Shown piece after piece: positions 10,256-21,282 of a DNA stretch of 64,000 nt. Both the position numbers and the translations under genes were made by a program. The first letter of the stretch is position 1. Every line of letters starts with the position of its first letter. The stretch lies in IMG/VR virus record IMGVR_UViG_3300044796_000657, positions 62,001 to 126,000 of that record. One strand, given 5' to 3'. The notes beneath the pieces were generated by a model. That model worked only from the letters and a program-made list of their open reading frames with translations, made no database searches and was not told the origin of the DNA.

Positions 10256-11017
10256 TCAAATTTCGCCACTCAGCACTGGCCGCTTTTCAATCAACTCAGC
10301 TTCAATTTCAACTTTGAATTTTTGCTTCAATAGAGACAACAGATACTTTTCAGCACGCTCCAAGGTTGGGCAACGCATATTAACGTCGCCCAAAATAGAA
10401 GAAACCGGTGAGCGATAAACACCTTTGGTTTCCGCTGATTCATTCGGATCAATGGAAACTGACCCAATGAATTTACTGTCAAGGTAATACGAGTAAAAGT
10501 CGTTTGTGACTTTTAGTTTAGTTAACTTTGGCATTACTTCCCCCTGATAATTTCGGCCTTTTCAACGTCTTTGATTGTAGCAATTGACCAGAAGTAAGGA
10601 TACTTCAGTCTGGTTTGTGCGAGGGCATTATAAAGGTCTAATGCTTCCTGTTTTGTGGTAGCCGCAACAAAAGCAAGTGTGTTCTCAATGTGATCGGTGC
10701 AAAAGTATTCGTGCGAAACAGTGAAAACGGTTTTGCTTGTTGCTTCCAGTTTAGCACGTAAACTACTTGCCATTACCAGTTGATCAAACGTGAATTCACA
10801 TACGAAACAAGCAACACTCCCTCTGTATTGCTTCGGTTCGTATTTAGGATACTTTGAGGTATCGGTACCCCGGTCGTATATGACAAAGCCACCACTCTCT
10901 TTTTCTTGAATGATGTATCTTAATGATGACGCCAATTCTTGTTTATTGAAGCCGGGGATCATGAGAGTGCCTCAAAGCGAATGATCTATAATACAATATT
11001 CTATCGGAATGTCAATA

Positions 11018-12352
11018 CTATTTTGGCATAATGAACAACTCGTCTGTTCCACGTGCTTCGCCATTTTGCCCCATTGATCGCTTTACATTTAACTTAATCA
11101 TTTTGTATTTAGAATAACGTTTTCGTGATTCGGGATGATTGTCATAAGACAACAGCCAATTATCTTTTATTTCTAACAATTCAACTAAATCGTCATGGTC
11201 TACCATATCAAACTTACATCCGTAATATGATGTGGTTTTTTCTAGGTCGCTGAAATAGGGCGGATCAAGATATATTTTCCCCTTTGCCAATGCTACCACT
11301 TCACGAAAATCCTGATTGGTAATACGAACACCTTGGAGTAGTCGTGAGGCGTTATTGAATTTTTCAATTTTCAAGCTATCACGACAATGGAATTTAGGGG
11401 CATAAACCTGACCTAATTGGCCAAAACTGTATACCATTTTGTAATAGAACTTCCACGCCAGTTCTTCGGTACTACCGGCCTTATCAGCACGGATTTGATT
11501 GCGATACTCTTTCCATCGTTCTTTATCTGGTTGATCCTTGGCGATTTGCGAAATAAGATAGTCTGGATTATCTCTGACAGTAGTATGAAATGCCCACAAT
11601 GGTTTATAACCATCGTTCATCCAAATTTTAAGATTTGGATACAAACTCTTGGCCCACAAAGTCACTACCCCACCACCAGTACAAGCATCGCAAAACTCTG
11701 ATGCTTCGTTAAGATTTAAGTGCTTCATGATCTCTTCCCCTAATCGCCGTTTGCTACCCGGCCATGAAAGGGGAACGTTTTTCGTACAACTGAATTTATT
11801 GTCTTTTGCTCGTGACTCAAAGGCGCAATTATTTTTTGCAAACCAACCTAACTCTCTGGTAATGGGTTTTATGTGATTGATACCCAACTCTTTCGATGCT
11901 TGTTTCCAAAGTGTAATAGCAGGAGCATTATCATTGAGATACTTGATGGTTTTTCTGAAATTTGAACGAGCGGTACGAAATTGTGCTAATTCTTTTATTG
12001 AGTAAGGTGCAGGTTTGCCACTATAAAGATAACAAGCCAAACCAATATCCTCATTGGGGGAATCAAACATTGTTTGCAAACTGATCCATCCTTGGGATTT
12101 GGTATCATGCCAGACTGTTTGAAGATAATCCTTCATCCGACTTTTTGTCAACCACTCTTCAAATGTTTTGTTGTTTTGCTGCAAAGCGATATGACGAATG
12201 AAGTGAAGTGAAATTCCCATTTCACGATAATAGCTACCGGCTGTGGGAATACGTTGTAAATTGAGGGCGTTAACTTGACGAGCAAGTTTGCTTGAATCAA
12301 AGGGTTGTCTTGTTTTGGCAACATTGCAAATAGCATCGTACATTGCTAACAT
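11018..12352 (-). CDS. Dam/D12-class N6-adenine DNA methyltransferase with long N-terminal extension
   Basis: PLSWPGSK, DACTGGG, MND, YLDPPY, WLLSYD; start MLAMYD after GGAG SD. Confidence 0.85.
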   Translation of the reverse strand: MLAMYDAICNVAKTRQPFDSSKLARQVNALNLQRIPTAGSYYREMGISLHFIRHIALQQNNKTFEEWLTKSRMKDYLQTVWHDTKSQGWISLQTMFDSPNEDIGLACYLYSGKPAPYSIKELAQFRTARSNFRKTIKYLNDNAPAITLWKQASKELGINHIKPITRELGWFAKNNCAFESRAKDNKFSCTKNVPLSWPGSKRRLGEEIMKHLNLNEASEFCDACTGGGVVTLWAKSLYPNLKIWMNDGYKPLWAFHTTVRDNPDYLISQIAKDQPDKERWKEYRNQIRADKAGSTEELAWKFYYKMVYSFGQLGQVYAPKFHCRDSLKIEKFNNASRLLQGVRITNQDFREVVALAKGKIYLDPPYFSDLEKTTSYYGCKFDMVDHDDLVELLEIKDNWLLSYDNHPESRKRYSKYKMIKLNVKRSMGQNGEARGTDELFIMPK

Positions 12353-12386
12353 ATCCAACTCCTTTAGTACTACGTAACGAAATACG

Positions 12387-12415
12387 ACTATATCAAATAC
12401 GATCAACAATGTCAA
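12387..12415 (-). promoter_or_regulatory. sigma70-like promoter of the methylase
   Basis: TTGACA-17-TATAGT. Confidence 0.7.
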
Positions 12416-12437
12416 CAATATTCTTGCCATTTAACGT

Positions 12438-12466
12438 AAAAAGCCCCGTCAATGACGGGGCTTTTT
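12438..12466. terminator. Bidirectional intrinsic terminator
   Basis: AAAAAGCCCCGTCA-A-TGACGGGGCTTTTT. Confidence 0.85.
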
Positions 12467-12479
12467 GAATTCGTTGCGT

Positions 12480-12899
12480 TTAGGCGACGAGTTCGGCGTC
12501 GTATTGTGCCACCAGAGCTTCCCGGCTGAGCTCCTTGTTCGGGCGACCGGCCACCTTGACGGGGTAGCGGCTGTTGTGGTTGCTGATGCCACGGTTTTCG
12601 CAGAACAGTTGGCCCTTGCGGTGGAAGAACTTAACTCCCTTGGGGCCGAATTGTTTCAGGCGGTAGATCGTGGTGACCGTGGCGTGTTCGCCGTTGCCGT
12701 TGTCGGCGGTGAAGTCGCCGTTCTTGTAGAACACCAAGATGTCCGTTTCGTAGAGGCGAATGAAAATCTTGCCATTGGCCAAGCGAACGTTGACGTTCTT
12801 GGCGATGTCCTTGTTCTTCTCGCTGCCGAGGAACTTCAGGTATTGCCCGTAGGTGTGGCAAACAGCGGCGGCTTCGAGCACTTTCGTTTGAAAGGGCAT
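12480..12899 (-). CDS. Hypothetical protein with GC-rich codon usage
   Basis: Start MPFQTK after GAGGA SD; followed by a terminator. Confidence 0.7.
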   Translation of the reverse strand: MPFQTKVLEAAAVCHTYGQYLKFLGSEKNKDIAKNVNVRLANGKIFIRLYETDILVFYKNGDFTADNGNGEHATVTTIYRLKQFGPKGVKFFHRKGQLFCENRGISNHNSRYPVKVAGRPNKELSREALVAQYDAELVA

Positions 12900-12952
12900 G
12901 GTCAAATCCTCAAAAGGTTGGTGATGTTGAGGGAAACTACTTTGTTGCCCCC

Positions 12953-13615
12953 TTACACATAGCACGGTGTATGGTCACTCGTACGGTTTGAGGCGTCACC
13001 AATTAATCTTTCTGGATAAAGGAAATGGCATGCAATGGGGCATTTGACATCTTCATCGGCTTTTCCTGTGTAAAGAACTAAAGCACTCGTCGGAATTGTG
13101 GGAGGAACAATCTTCTTTTTGTCCATCTTCCTTGCTATTGACCACGCTTCAAAAGCAACCACTTCCGCATCGGGATTCCGTTTTTCTTTATCCCACCACG
13201 CCTTAAAGAAAAGGATATTTTGTGCGTGTGCGGTTAACGCATTAGAAGTATCATGACACCATCCATGCAAGCCACGATCTTTCTGTTGTGGCGCATACGC
13301 CGTGACATAACGACCTTTCATCAAGCTAATGATTTCTTTCTTTCGCAATGGCGTTGAAGGCTTGCTGTGTTTTTTGGGCATTTTTCCTTTGATACACTCA
13401 CGAATGCTCATAACATCCGTAACAACAGTGATCCATTTTTCATTGGTGCTTTTCAAGGCATTAATAACTGCCCAATATTCTGCTGCTACGGAATCATTAT
13501 TGATTTCAGAGAAATGCAAACCATAATCATAAGTGCCATTAGATGCGCACCATGCCCATCCATAGAAATCACGGGTTGCGCTTCCGTCTGCGTAGATAAT
13601 CATAATGACACTCAA
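12953..13615 (-). CDS. RNase H-like protein
   Basis: IYADGS, AAEYWAVINAL, VVTD, HD: acidic catalytic pattern. Confidence 0.7.
   Translation of the reverse strand: MSVIMIIYADGSATRDFYGWAWCASNGTYDYGLHFSEINNDSVAAEYWAVINALKSTNEKWITVVTDVMSIRECIKGKMPKKHSKPSTPLRKKEIISLMKGRYVTAYAPQQKDRGLHGWCHDTSNALTAHAQNILFFKAWWDKEKRNPDAEVVAFEAWSIARKMDKKKIVPPTIPTSALVLYTGKADEDVKCPIACHFLYPERLIGDASNRTSDHTPCYV
12965..12978 (-). promoter_or_regulatory. 14-bp element (variant ...CACCG)
   Basis: One mismatch; T/G at +8/+9. Confidence 0.8.
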
Positions 13616-13627
13616 TTAAGATGAACG

Positions 13628-13656
13628 ACAATACCAAAACCTGCCTTCTTTGTCAA
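13628..13656 (-). promoter_or_regulatory. sigma70-like promoter
   Basis: TTGACA-17-TATTGT. Confidence 0.6.
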
Positions 13657-14136
13657 TATCAATTTGTGAATTTTTTGGCCGAGATGGTGGCTAGATTTGA
13701 TGAGTTAACTCGCTTTGGATTTGTGGGGTCATGATCCCATACCACCGTGGCTACGACTACTCCGTTCACTGTTTGTGTATCGATGACAGTGCCACGCCAT
13801 CGGTGGAGATCACCCCCACCGATGGATTGAAGAAACTGAACAGAGTAGGCAACTCTCATGACTTAACCTTTGGGTTTGACGAGAGCCAAATGAACACCAA
13901 TCCAATTCCACGCCTCTTCGGTCGTATCGAAGTATGGTGTTCGACCTTCATACGTGTCCTGCACAAATTCACCAGTCTCGCTCTCGCTGTGCATATGCCA
14001 TGTCTCGACTTTGGCTTTCTTGCCTTCGAGAACGTGAAGGCGAAAATCCATACAACCACCAGCGAAGGTGACAATCGTCATGGATTCGGGTTCACTTGCT
14101 GCCGTCATGAGTTAACTCCTGTGGGGGTTTGAACAC

Positions 14137-14691
14137 TTATGTGGGTGTATGGTCACGCTTGGGCATAATATCCCAATCCACACTCAACCATTCCCCCGCT
14201 TGAATGAACGTTTCTCCTCGTTCTTTAATAGTGCGATAGGTGTCTGCTAACGCAAGAGCCATGCGATCCGGACGACCAATTTCAGAAGTGGGAACTGCCC
14301 TGCTAATCGTTCCAGTCTTACTGCCAAAGGTAGTGACGATAGCACTCTCTGTATGTCGTGGAGCAACCTTGCTGTGGCCGTGGTTGGGAGTAGCAAGATA
14401 CGGACAAACCTTTGCCGCATATGTTGCACATTCAAGGTGCATTGGCCCATCAACGAAACGCCGATGCTTCATACACTTCGGCCCACCAATGAAGGCGAAC
14501 GGAGGCATCATTCTTTGACCGCAAAGATGGCAAAGGTTTTTATTTAACGCTTCTGTTCGGTGAGCTTGATGGACAACCTTGAAGTCTGGTATTTTGTCTT
14601 CCCCAACGAAGACTGTGTAGTGAACCACATATCCCCTGTAGAGAGGGAATTTTTTCATACGTTCGGGAATAGGAATGGCAGAAATTTCCAT
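14137..14691 (-). CDS. Hypothetical Cys/His-rich protein
   Basis: CHLCG, FIGGP, PMHLECA, CPYL. Confidence 0.7.
   Translation of the reverse strand: MEISAIPIPERMKKFPLYRGYVVHYTVFVGEDKIPDFKVVHQAHRTEALNKNLCHLCGQRMMPPFAFIGGPKCMKHRRFVDGPMHLECATYAAKVCPYLATPNHGHSKVAPRHTESAIVTTFGSKTGTISRAVPTSEIGRPDRMALALADTYRTIKERGETFIQAGEWLSVDWDIMPKRDHTPT
14143..14156 (-). promoter_or_regulatory. 14-bp element
   Basis: Exact copy inside the 3' end of 14137..14691. Confidence 0.85.
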
Positions 14692-15643
14692 GTTAACTAC
14701 TTTCTTTCTCGGAGGGACGTTGTGTTAGTTGATCGAAGGCGTCAAGGAGAGCAGGAATATCCCTCTCCAGCAGTATTGTGATTGCTTCCGTTTTGTTGTG
14801 AAAATCCGAACCGGGGCCGAAGCCACCAATCCGCCTCATCAACGTAGTTAACTTTTCCGGATCGGACAAAAAGATCGTATGAACAACTTGAAGCCGTTCA
14901 CGAACTTTATCACGATATTTCTTTTTCGGAATAATCATCTAGCACCTTTGTGCTGAAGGTACCGAAACATAACCACACCCATCACTATTAACAAAATGTA
15001 GAGTGCCACACCAATGAGAATGGATACCGTCATGGATTGAACGGGATTTTTGTAAACCATAATAACGGTTGCTGGTATGGTTACAAATAATCCCAACATC
15101 ATGTAAAGGAGTTCGCCGAGTTTCATATGTACCAACCTGTGTTGACGATGGAACCACAAGAAGTTAACTTACAATCAGCCAATTTGTATTTGGCAAATGA
15201 GGGATCGTACGTCTTTTCTGCTTTCTTGATACCAGTTTGTTTTTTCTTTGAAAGCATTTCTAATGCCTCTTGACGTTGAGGCCCACTCAACGTACCAACA
15301 TCATACTGTGAGTTAATGTTGGCAACTTCATTACCGAAGTTACTCTCCTCGTTTAATTCTCTTCTTTGAGTAGCAAGCCAATCAGTGAGCGTAGGCAATT
15401 CGCCGTAGAAAGGCTCCTCACCCAACAGGAAAGCCAAGTAACAGATTGTTTCACTGTCATCTTCACTGAGTTCACGGATTAGGCTATTAGCCATTTTGCC
15501 GTGACAGTTTGCGAAAAGCGATTTGTCGAATGCCGCCAACTCTTTTGTTGGAACTTGGTACAAGACAACCTTTGTGCCATCGTACCAAGCAATGAGGGTA
15601 TTTTTCATCCTGTTTTCCCCTATTGGTTTCCGAACATCATAAC

Positions 15644-15657
15644 GGGTGTATGGTCAC
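15644..15657 (-). promoter_or_regulatory. 14-bp element
   Basis: Exact copy; contains stop of 15654..15866. Confidence 0.85.
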
Positions 15658-15891
15658 TCGGATATTTGGAAAGGGGGATTATTATTGAAGTGACGAATTG
15701 TTGCGATGCCGACAATGGCAGCAATGATGTAGGCAATGATGCCGAAGACGATAAGGAACGTAGAAAGCCAGTAGGGCTTCGGGTAGATTTGGTCAATTTG
15801 GTACAGGACGATACCTGTCCAGACCAATGCAGGTAATAAGCCAATGAGGAAATACGGATACTTCATTGCTATGTCTCCTTGGGGTTATTGT

Positions 15892-16443
15892 TTACAAGCT
15901 ACCTTCTGAAAACAAGGTTTCTTGGATAGCGGCATAATCATCGTAGGGCATCAACTGGATACCGATTTGAGCATCCCTGATGCATGCCCGCATCTCTTGA
16001 AACTTCATGATTTCTTGGCGAGGATCAAAATCCTTGAAAGTGGCATCGGATTTCAATTGCTCACAATACTTAATGTTGTCGTCAATTTCCTTGAAGCATT
16101 CTTCACGGTGTTCTTCGCTTCGGATTTTGCGACAAGATGTGAAGACCAGTAAAGCAAGCCCTTTATCTTTTTTGTCGCTACTCCAATCGGCAGCGTGGCT
16201 CAAAATGCGAGTGAGTTTAATTTCGTTGAACCGAATACACTTGGCAGGTTCGCCGTCTACAATCGGCACGATAGCCGAGAGCGATGAATTGAGGTTCGGA
16301 CACGCTGCGATGGCTGCAGTGAGGGTAGGAAATTGAGTGGCTTTTTCGTGACTGGAATGCCAATTGCCGGACCCCGGTTTGGGGCTGTGTTCGTAATATG
16401 ATCCGTTGCCGTTAATGTGATAAAGAGTGTAAACCTTCCCCAT
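15892..16443 (-). CDS. Hypothetical protein
   Basis: ORF; AGGAG SD. Confidence 0.65.
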   Translation of the reverse strand: MGKVYTLYHINGNGSYYEHSPKPGSGNWHSSHEKATQFPTLTAAIAACPNLNSSLSAIVPIVDGEPAKCIRFNEIKLTRILSHAADWSSDKKDKGLALLVFTSCRKIRSEEHREECFKEIDDNIKYCEQLKSDATFKDFDPRQEIMKFQEMRACIRDAQIGIQLMPYDDYAAIQETLFSEGSL

Positions 16444-16469
16444 GACACAACTCCTTTTAGTATCTATTG

Positions 16470-16483
16470 GGGTGTATGGTCAC
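16470..16483 (-). promoter_or_regulatory. 14-bp element
   Basis: Exact copy. Confidence 0.85.
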
Positions 16484-17043
16484 AGCTTTCACAATTCACA
16501 CAACTATGTTTGTGTATGGCATGAGCAAACCAATAAACCAGAATGCCGGGCCAAAAAACAATTCCTCCAATCCACACATACACATGTCCCTCTTCCCACT
16601 CTTTGCTCCCTTTGTTTATAACATCCATGTGAAAAGACGATATACCAACACCAATACATGCCCAACAGGCAATAATTATCCAACCCCAATTCATGGACGA
16701 CCACGTAAGAATGTAATCCCACATATCAATTCTCCTGTTATTGAGGCAAAATGAATACGCTTTCGGCTGTACCATTGGCTTTGTTAATTGTAACTACATC
16801 GCCTTCCATCGCAGCGTCTAACAAAATCTCATATGTCTGCATTGACATATTGACAAGTTGTGTGTTGTTTTTAACTTTGGCCTGTTTCCGCATCTTCTTC
16901 ATCCTCGCTTCGGTACCCTTGGGAAGAATGATATATCTTTCCCCGGTACTCGGAATGCGAAAAATGAGAATGATAATCAAACCTGCGGCAATTAAGCCAA
17001 GCCATACAAAAGGGTTCATGTTTGTTCTCGTAAGGTAGCCCGC

Positions 17044-17072
17044 ATACTACCATAATAACCCATCTTTGTCAA
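17044..17072 (-). promoter_or_regulatory. sigma70-like promoter
   Basis: TTGACA-17-TAGTAT. Confidence 0.6.
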
Positions 17073-17324
17073 GCAGAAACTTCTGGCAAAAATCTGAATT
17101 CCTTAAAGAATTCTTTGTTTTGAAACATAATGTTTAACAGCTCGACTGCGTTCGGAACAGCCAACAACTCATCACACATCTCCAACGTGGCCTCAATCTT
17201 GAAGCCGTTAAATTGAAGTAAGTGCTTTGCTAACTGCCTCTCCAATTTTGTTTTTTCAATGAGTATCTCTAGGTTTTTGGTATTGGTAGTACAAATTTTT
17301 CGGGTGCGACTACTCATAGCCATA

Positions 17325-17747
17325 TCATACTCCTTTGAATGTTGTAGAGCATTTCTCACACTTGTAAGCAATTCCTGCTGTGGTTTGTTCCCATAGAACA
17401 TTATCACTCTTGCATTTGGGACACTTAACATCAACAGTACGGAAGCATTTTTCACAATATGGCTCATTGCGACCGGGTAAGAAACTCGCATCATCCCGGT
17501 CGTCAATCCAGCAATAGCATTTTGTACAGTGTTCACAGACGCATTGCTTCAAATCCTTTGCCATTGAACTGCCGGGGCTTACATCGTCGGTATAGCCGTG
17601 GCAATTAGGGCAAATGAGAGCAGGTGAACATTCACAACACTTATAGCACTTTTCGCAATAGCGACAAGTTTTGTTGGCCTTGCCACATTCTTTGCAAGGA
17701 CAATCGGGACTAGCCGCAAGAAAATAGGGTGGTAGTTTACGGGACAT
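17325..17747 (-). CDS. Cys-rich multi-zinc-finger protein
   Basis: Many CxxC pairs. Confidence 0.6.
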   Translation of the reverse strand: MSRKLPPYFLAASPDCPCKECGKANKTCRYCEKCYKCCECSPALICPNCHGYTDDVSPGSSMAKDLKQCVCEHCTKCYCWIDDRDDASFLPGRNEPYCEKCFRTVDVKCPKCKSDNVLWEQTTAGIAYKCEKCSTTFKGV

Positions 17748-17771
17748 TTCATTCTCTATGTGTCACGGCCA

Positions 17772-17794
17772 TTAGCCCGCCAATGGCGGGCTAA
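17772..17794. terminator. GC-rich hairpin after 17812..18105
   Basis: TTAGCCCGCCA-A-TGGCGGGCTAA; no clear U tract. Confidence 0.5.
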
Positions 17795-17811
17795 ATGGGG
17801 GGATGATGACC

Positions 17812-18105
17812 TTACTCTTCGTCGCCTGTTTCAACGGCGGCAGGAACGTCCTTCTTGGCCTTGACGGTGATTTGCAAGGACTTGTACGTTTTTCCCTTCC
17901 ATTCCCGATCAACTTCCGAAAATTGCATCTGCGGGAAGCAACGGATGAGGTAGTTTTTCAGAGCGGCATTGGATTTGCAGCGGCCTCGAACATGCTTGGA
18001 ATACTTGACGAGGAACATGACTTGCGCCGGGGTCATGTCTTCGGATTTGATGCCAAACGCCGCTTCGAACTCTTCCTTAACTTGGGGATTTTCAAATCGC
18101 ATCAT
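17812..18105 (-). CDS. Hypothetical protein with GC-rich codon usage
   Basis: AGGAG SD; lies between an element and a hairpin. Confidence 0.7.
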   Translation of the reverse strand: MMRFENPQVKEEFEAAFGIKSEDMTPAQVMFLVKYSKHVRGRCKSNAALKNYLIRCFPQMQFSEVDREWKGKTYKSLQITVKAKKDVPAAVETGDEE

Positions 18106-18146
18106 GACAATTGACTCCTGTGATGAATGGTTTGGAACACTGGATA

Positions 18147-18160
18147 GGGTGTATGGTCAC
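18147..18160 (-). promoter_or_regulatory. 14-bp element
   Basis: Exact copy; contains stop of 18157..18435. Confidence 0.85.
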
Positions 18161-18697
18161 TTGACAGATTTGTGTCCAATCCAGCCACCAATGAAACCAA
18201 TGGTAAGGGTTGCCATGTACTTCACAATGTCTTGGTTCAACACCCTACTCGTCATAACGACAATCGTTGGACCGTCGGCGGTTTCTTCAATGAAGTATTC
18301 AATACGAGAAACATTGAGATGATCGGCACGAACCAAAGTGCCCATGAATTGTGAATATTTATCCAAAAACTCTTTGACATTAACTTTACCATCAAGAACG
18401 GCGATCCGCTCTCTGGTCAATTTCTTTTCTGCCACAAATCACCCCTCGATTGCTTGGCGTTTCAATTCAGCACGGCTAAGTTGCCGCACTGGCTTTTTTG
18501 GTCGCTCGTAAAGGTAATGAACAACATCACCGTTGTCAAGCGTGACGATGTCTTTCACAGAATATTTTTCGTTGTCGGCAAGAATTCGCAAAACCTGTAT
18601 TGACCCATCTTTTAATTTTTTCTTATTCCCTGTTTCATTTTGCGATTCTTCTGCCGTACAAGTGAAGCATATGAATGTCGTCGTTGTCATTCAGTCC

Positions 18698-19267
18698 TCA
18701 AGTTTTGAGTTTGCGTTTCTTGGCGGGCTTGGCAGGCTTGAGCAAGTGAGCCGAAACCTTTTTGTCGTTAACATACTGGCGTGCTTCAGTCAGCACTTTC
18801 AGAACGTTCTCACGATCCTTGAGGGCATCGTAAGATAGCCAGATGGCTGTTTCATCAAACACTTCCATCTCAAACATGATGCTATCATCGTCAAGACGGG
18901 CACTCCAACGAATGAGGGTGTCATTGTCACCGATATGGTCGCCCTCCTTGCCGATAACAAGGGTGCGATCACTGTTCTGCAGTCGTTCCACCACTCCCGA
19001 ACCGGGGGCAATATCGCCGTCCCAAAGGTCGGAAATGACAGCCTCAACGGTTTCAATGAAAAACTCTCGGAGTTCGCAAACGTCTTCTGTGGTCACCGGA
19101 CGGGCCATGTTGCAGTGGGCGTTTGGATCGGCTTCATTACCGAACCAACAAGACATTAACCCATATGCCAACCACGACCGAAAATCTTCATAGATGGTGT
19201 AATTGGGCGTTGCCTGATTGGGCTGAATATGGAAGCCCATCGGATTACGAACGTGTTTCACTTTCAT
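18698..19267 (-). CDS. Hypothetical protein
   Basis: ORF; GAGGGG SD. Confidence 0.65.
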   Translation of the reverse strand: MKVKHVRNPMGFHIQPNQATPNYTIYEDFRSWLAYGLMSCWFGNEADPNAHCNMARPVTTEDVCELREFFIETVEAVISDLWDGDIAPGSGVVERLQNSDRTLVIGKEGDHIGDNDTLIRWSARLDDDSIMFEMEVFDETAIWLSYDALKDRENVLKVLTEARQYVNDKKVSAHLLKPAKPAKKRKLKT

Positions 19268-19291
19268 AACATCCCCTCAGTGTACCAATTT

Positions 19292-19305
19292 GGGTGTATG
19301 GTCAC
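19292..19305 (-). promoter_or_regulatory. 14-bp element
   Basis: Exact copy. Confidence 0.85.
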
Positions 19306-19306
19306 A

Positions 19307-19795
19307 TCATTTACTTTGAACGAACTTCACAAGTGCTTCGAGTTCAATCAAAGCACTGTTTTTGAAATTGTGTTTGGTGAAATCTTCCAACTTGTCCAAC
19401 TGAACGGCAATGACGCCGTAGGTTTCGATGAGAAAATGCGGAGCAATAACGTAATTTTTCATTATCTGTCTAAACACCGCAGGAATAACTTCACAAGCAT
19501 AGGCGTGAATGTGACCACAAACCTCTTGCGTATCGCCATTGTGTCGTGCATGGCTACACAACCGAACGATTTTAGTGGTACCCGCAAGAAGATTGAAACC
19601 TATCTCTTCAATCGTTTCACGATAAAGCCCTTCGAGTAATTCTTCACCCGGTTCGATTCGTCCACCTGCCCAACCGATGAAACCATCTTGACGCATCACC
19701 ATCAATGCTAGATTGCCAGAGTAGATGGCAGCGAACACACGATCTTTTTGATTCGGATGCCGCAAGCCCTTCTTGATTTCTGTAAACATTAACAT
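19307..19795 (-). CDS. Nudix hydrolase (NUDT16-like)
   Basis: Nudix box GGRIEPGEELLEGLYRETIEEIG preceded by MRQDGFIGW. Confidence 0.85.
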   Translation of the reverse strand: MLMFTEIKKGLRHPNQKDRVFAAIYSGNLALMVMRQDGFIGWAGGRIEPGEELLEGLYRETIEEIGFNLLAGTTKIVRLCSHARHNGDTQEVCGHIHAYACEVIPAVFRQIMKNYVIAPHFLIETYGVIAVQLDKLEDFTKHNFKNSALIELEALVKFVQSK

Positions 19796-19834
19796 TCCCT
19801 CGTTAAAGATCAGAATACTCTGGCAATCGATGGA

Positions 19835-20122
19835 CTACAATTGAATGAGAACTTGAGACGGAAGTTTCCAACTGGTGGCACCTTTGCCCTTTTTGCCCTC
19901 AACCGCTTTGGCTTCCACCTTTTCGGCCAAGCCCATTGCGTCTAGCAAACGGATCAGCGCCGTGGCATGTACATAGCCTTTGGTCTGTTCAGCTTCGGAA
20001 GTTCCATCCACGATCAAACCCAAACGGATCGCTAATTCCTTGGCGGTGCCCGTGACAGTTTGGTTGGGGCTAGACACGGCTTTGAAACCACAAGTATCGT
20101 CACTGATTTCGTCGTCGGGCAT
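19835..20122 (-). CDS. Hypothetical protein
   Basis: Start MPDDEI after GGAG SD, downstream of a consensus sigma70 promoter. Confidence 0.6.
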   Translation of the reverse strand: MPDDEISDDTCGFKAVSSPNQTVTGTAKELAIRLGLIVDGTSEAEQTKGYVHATALIRLLDAMGLAEKVEAKAVEGKKGKGATSWKLPSQVLIQL

Positions 20123-20153
20123 GACCGGTTCTCCGAGGGTTTGAGGAACTTCC

Positions 20154-20182
20154 ATTATACCAAACTGTACATCGCTTGTCAA
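20154..20182 (-). promoter_or_regulatory. Perfect sigma70 consensus promoter
   Basis: TTGACA-17-TATAAT. Confidence 0.85.
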
Positions 20183-20192
20183 GCAAATAATC

Positions 20193-20206
20193 GGGTGTAT
20201 GGTCAC
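20193..20206 (-). promoter_or_regulatory. 14-bp element
   Basis: Exact copy; contains stop of 20203..20451. Confidence 0.85.
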
Positions 20207-21268
20207 GCCGCATTGAGCATTGCCAATTCATCATCTGACAAGCACGCTATCGGTTCACCGGCATTCTTGCCGTAGTAAACCGAAATGTAGTTGTGGCCCG
20301 TGAAGCCTTTCGCCTGAATACCGTACTTCAAAATATCAAAGCGTTCATAAGGAGCATTGATGTTATTGTTCCGTAACTCGTCTTTGAGTTCGGCAATGCT
20401 TTTGAAGCCCTGATAATCCGCCGCATCACCGAGTCTTGCATACAACAACATGTTAACTCCCGTGAATTTGATCGTGAATTATTGCCATCTGTTCATGTGT
20501 CAATCCAAGCAATTGAGCATAGGTAAACAAATGTTCTTGTGAAAGATGAAGATACAACGCACGATGACAAGAACCGCACCAATGCCGTGAGACAAAGGGA
20601 AGTTTAACCTTCGAGTTTGTATCCACATAATCCGGCAACTGCGGGCCTTTATATTGTCTCCAATTGTAAACCCCAAAGTGGCCACATCCGGGGCAAGTGT
20701 GGTACAAAGTCAAGTTCGGATCATCTTGCGAAAAACCAATGTGCGACCAAACGCATTGGCATCGGCTACATTGGTGTTTGTGTCGCATTTTCATGAAGTC
20801 ATATAGTGTACGATTTTAGCCAGTAGCTGCGCTCTCACGGGCGATGGCAAGTCTCGGTAAACGCTCCGCAAATTGGCCAATACTTCCAAGTGGTACTTTT
20901 TGGCCCCCTCTTTCTGCATACTTTCTTTGGCTTGTCGGTCGGCTTCAAAGGCATCATGCCGTGCCCGCAGCTTTTGGAGATCACTTTCGTTATCCCACAT
21001 GCCGAGGTACTTGTTCCCACCCTTTTTGCTGAAAAACACCTTTTCGCCATCGTATTCAAAAGCGAAAATCTGACCGGGCCTAGCACTTTTTTCAACGGTG
21101 CCGTTAAGTGTTACCACATCGTCATTATCACTCAGCGGCGGCAATTCTTGACCTTCGTTGCCTATTTTGGTGATGTCCATCCAATAGAACTTATCATCCT
21201 TGCGGAAAAGAAACAGAAAATTGACACTTCGTTTTTCGGCCATGACATTTCCCCTTGGTTAACCATAA

Positions 21269-21282
21269 TGGTGTATGGTCAC
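21269..21282 (-). promoter_or_regulatory. 14-bp element (variant ...CACCA)
   Basis: One mismatch; contains stop of 21279..21662. Confidence 0.8.
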
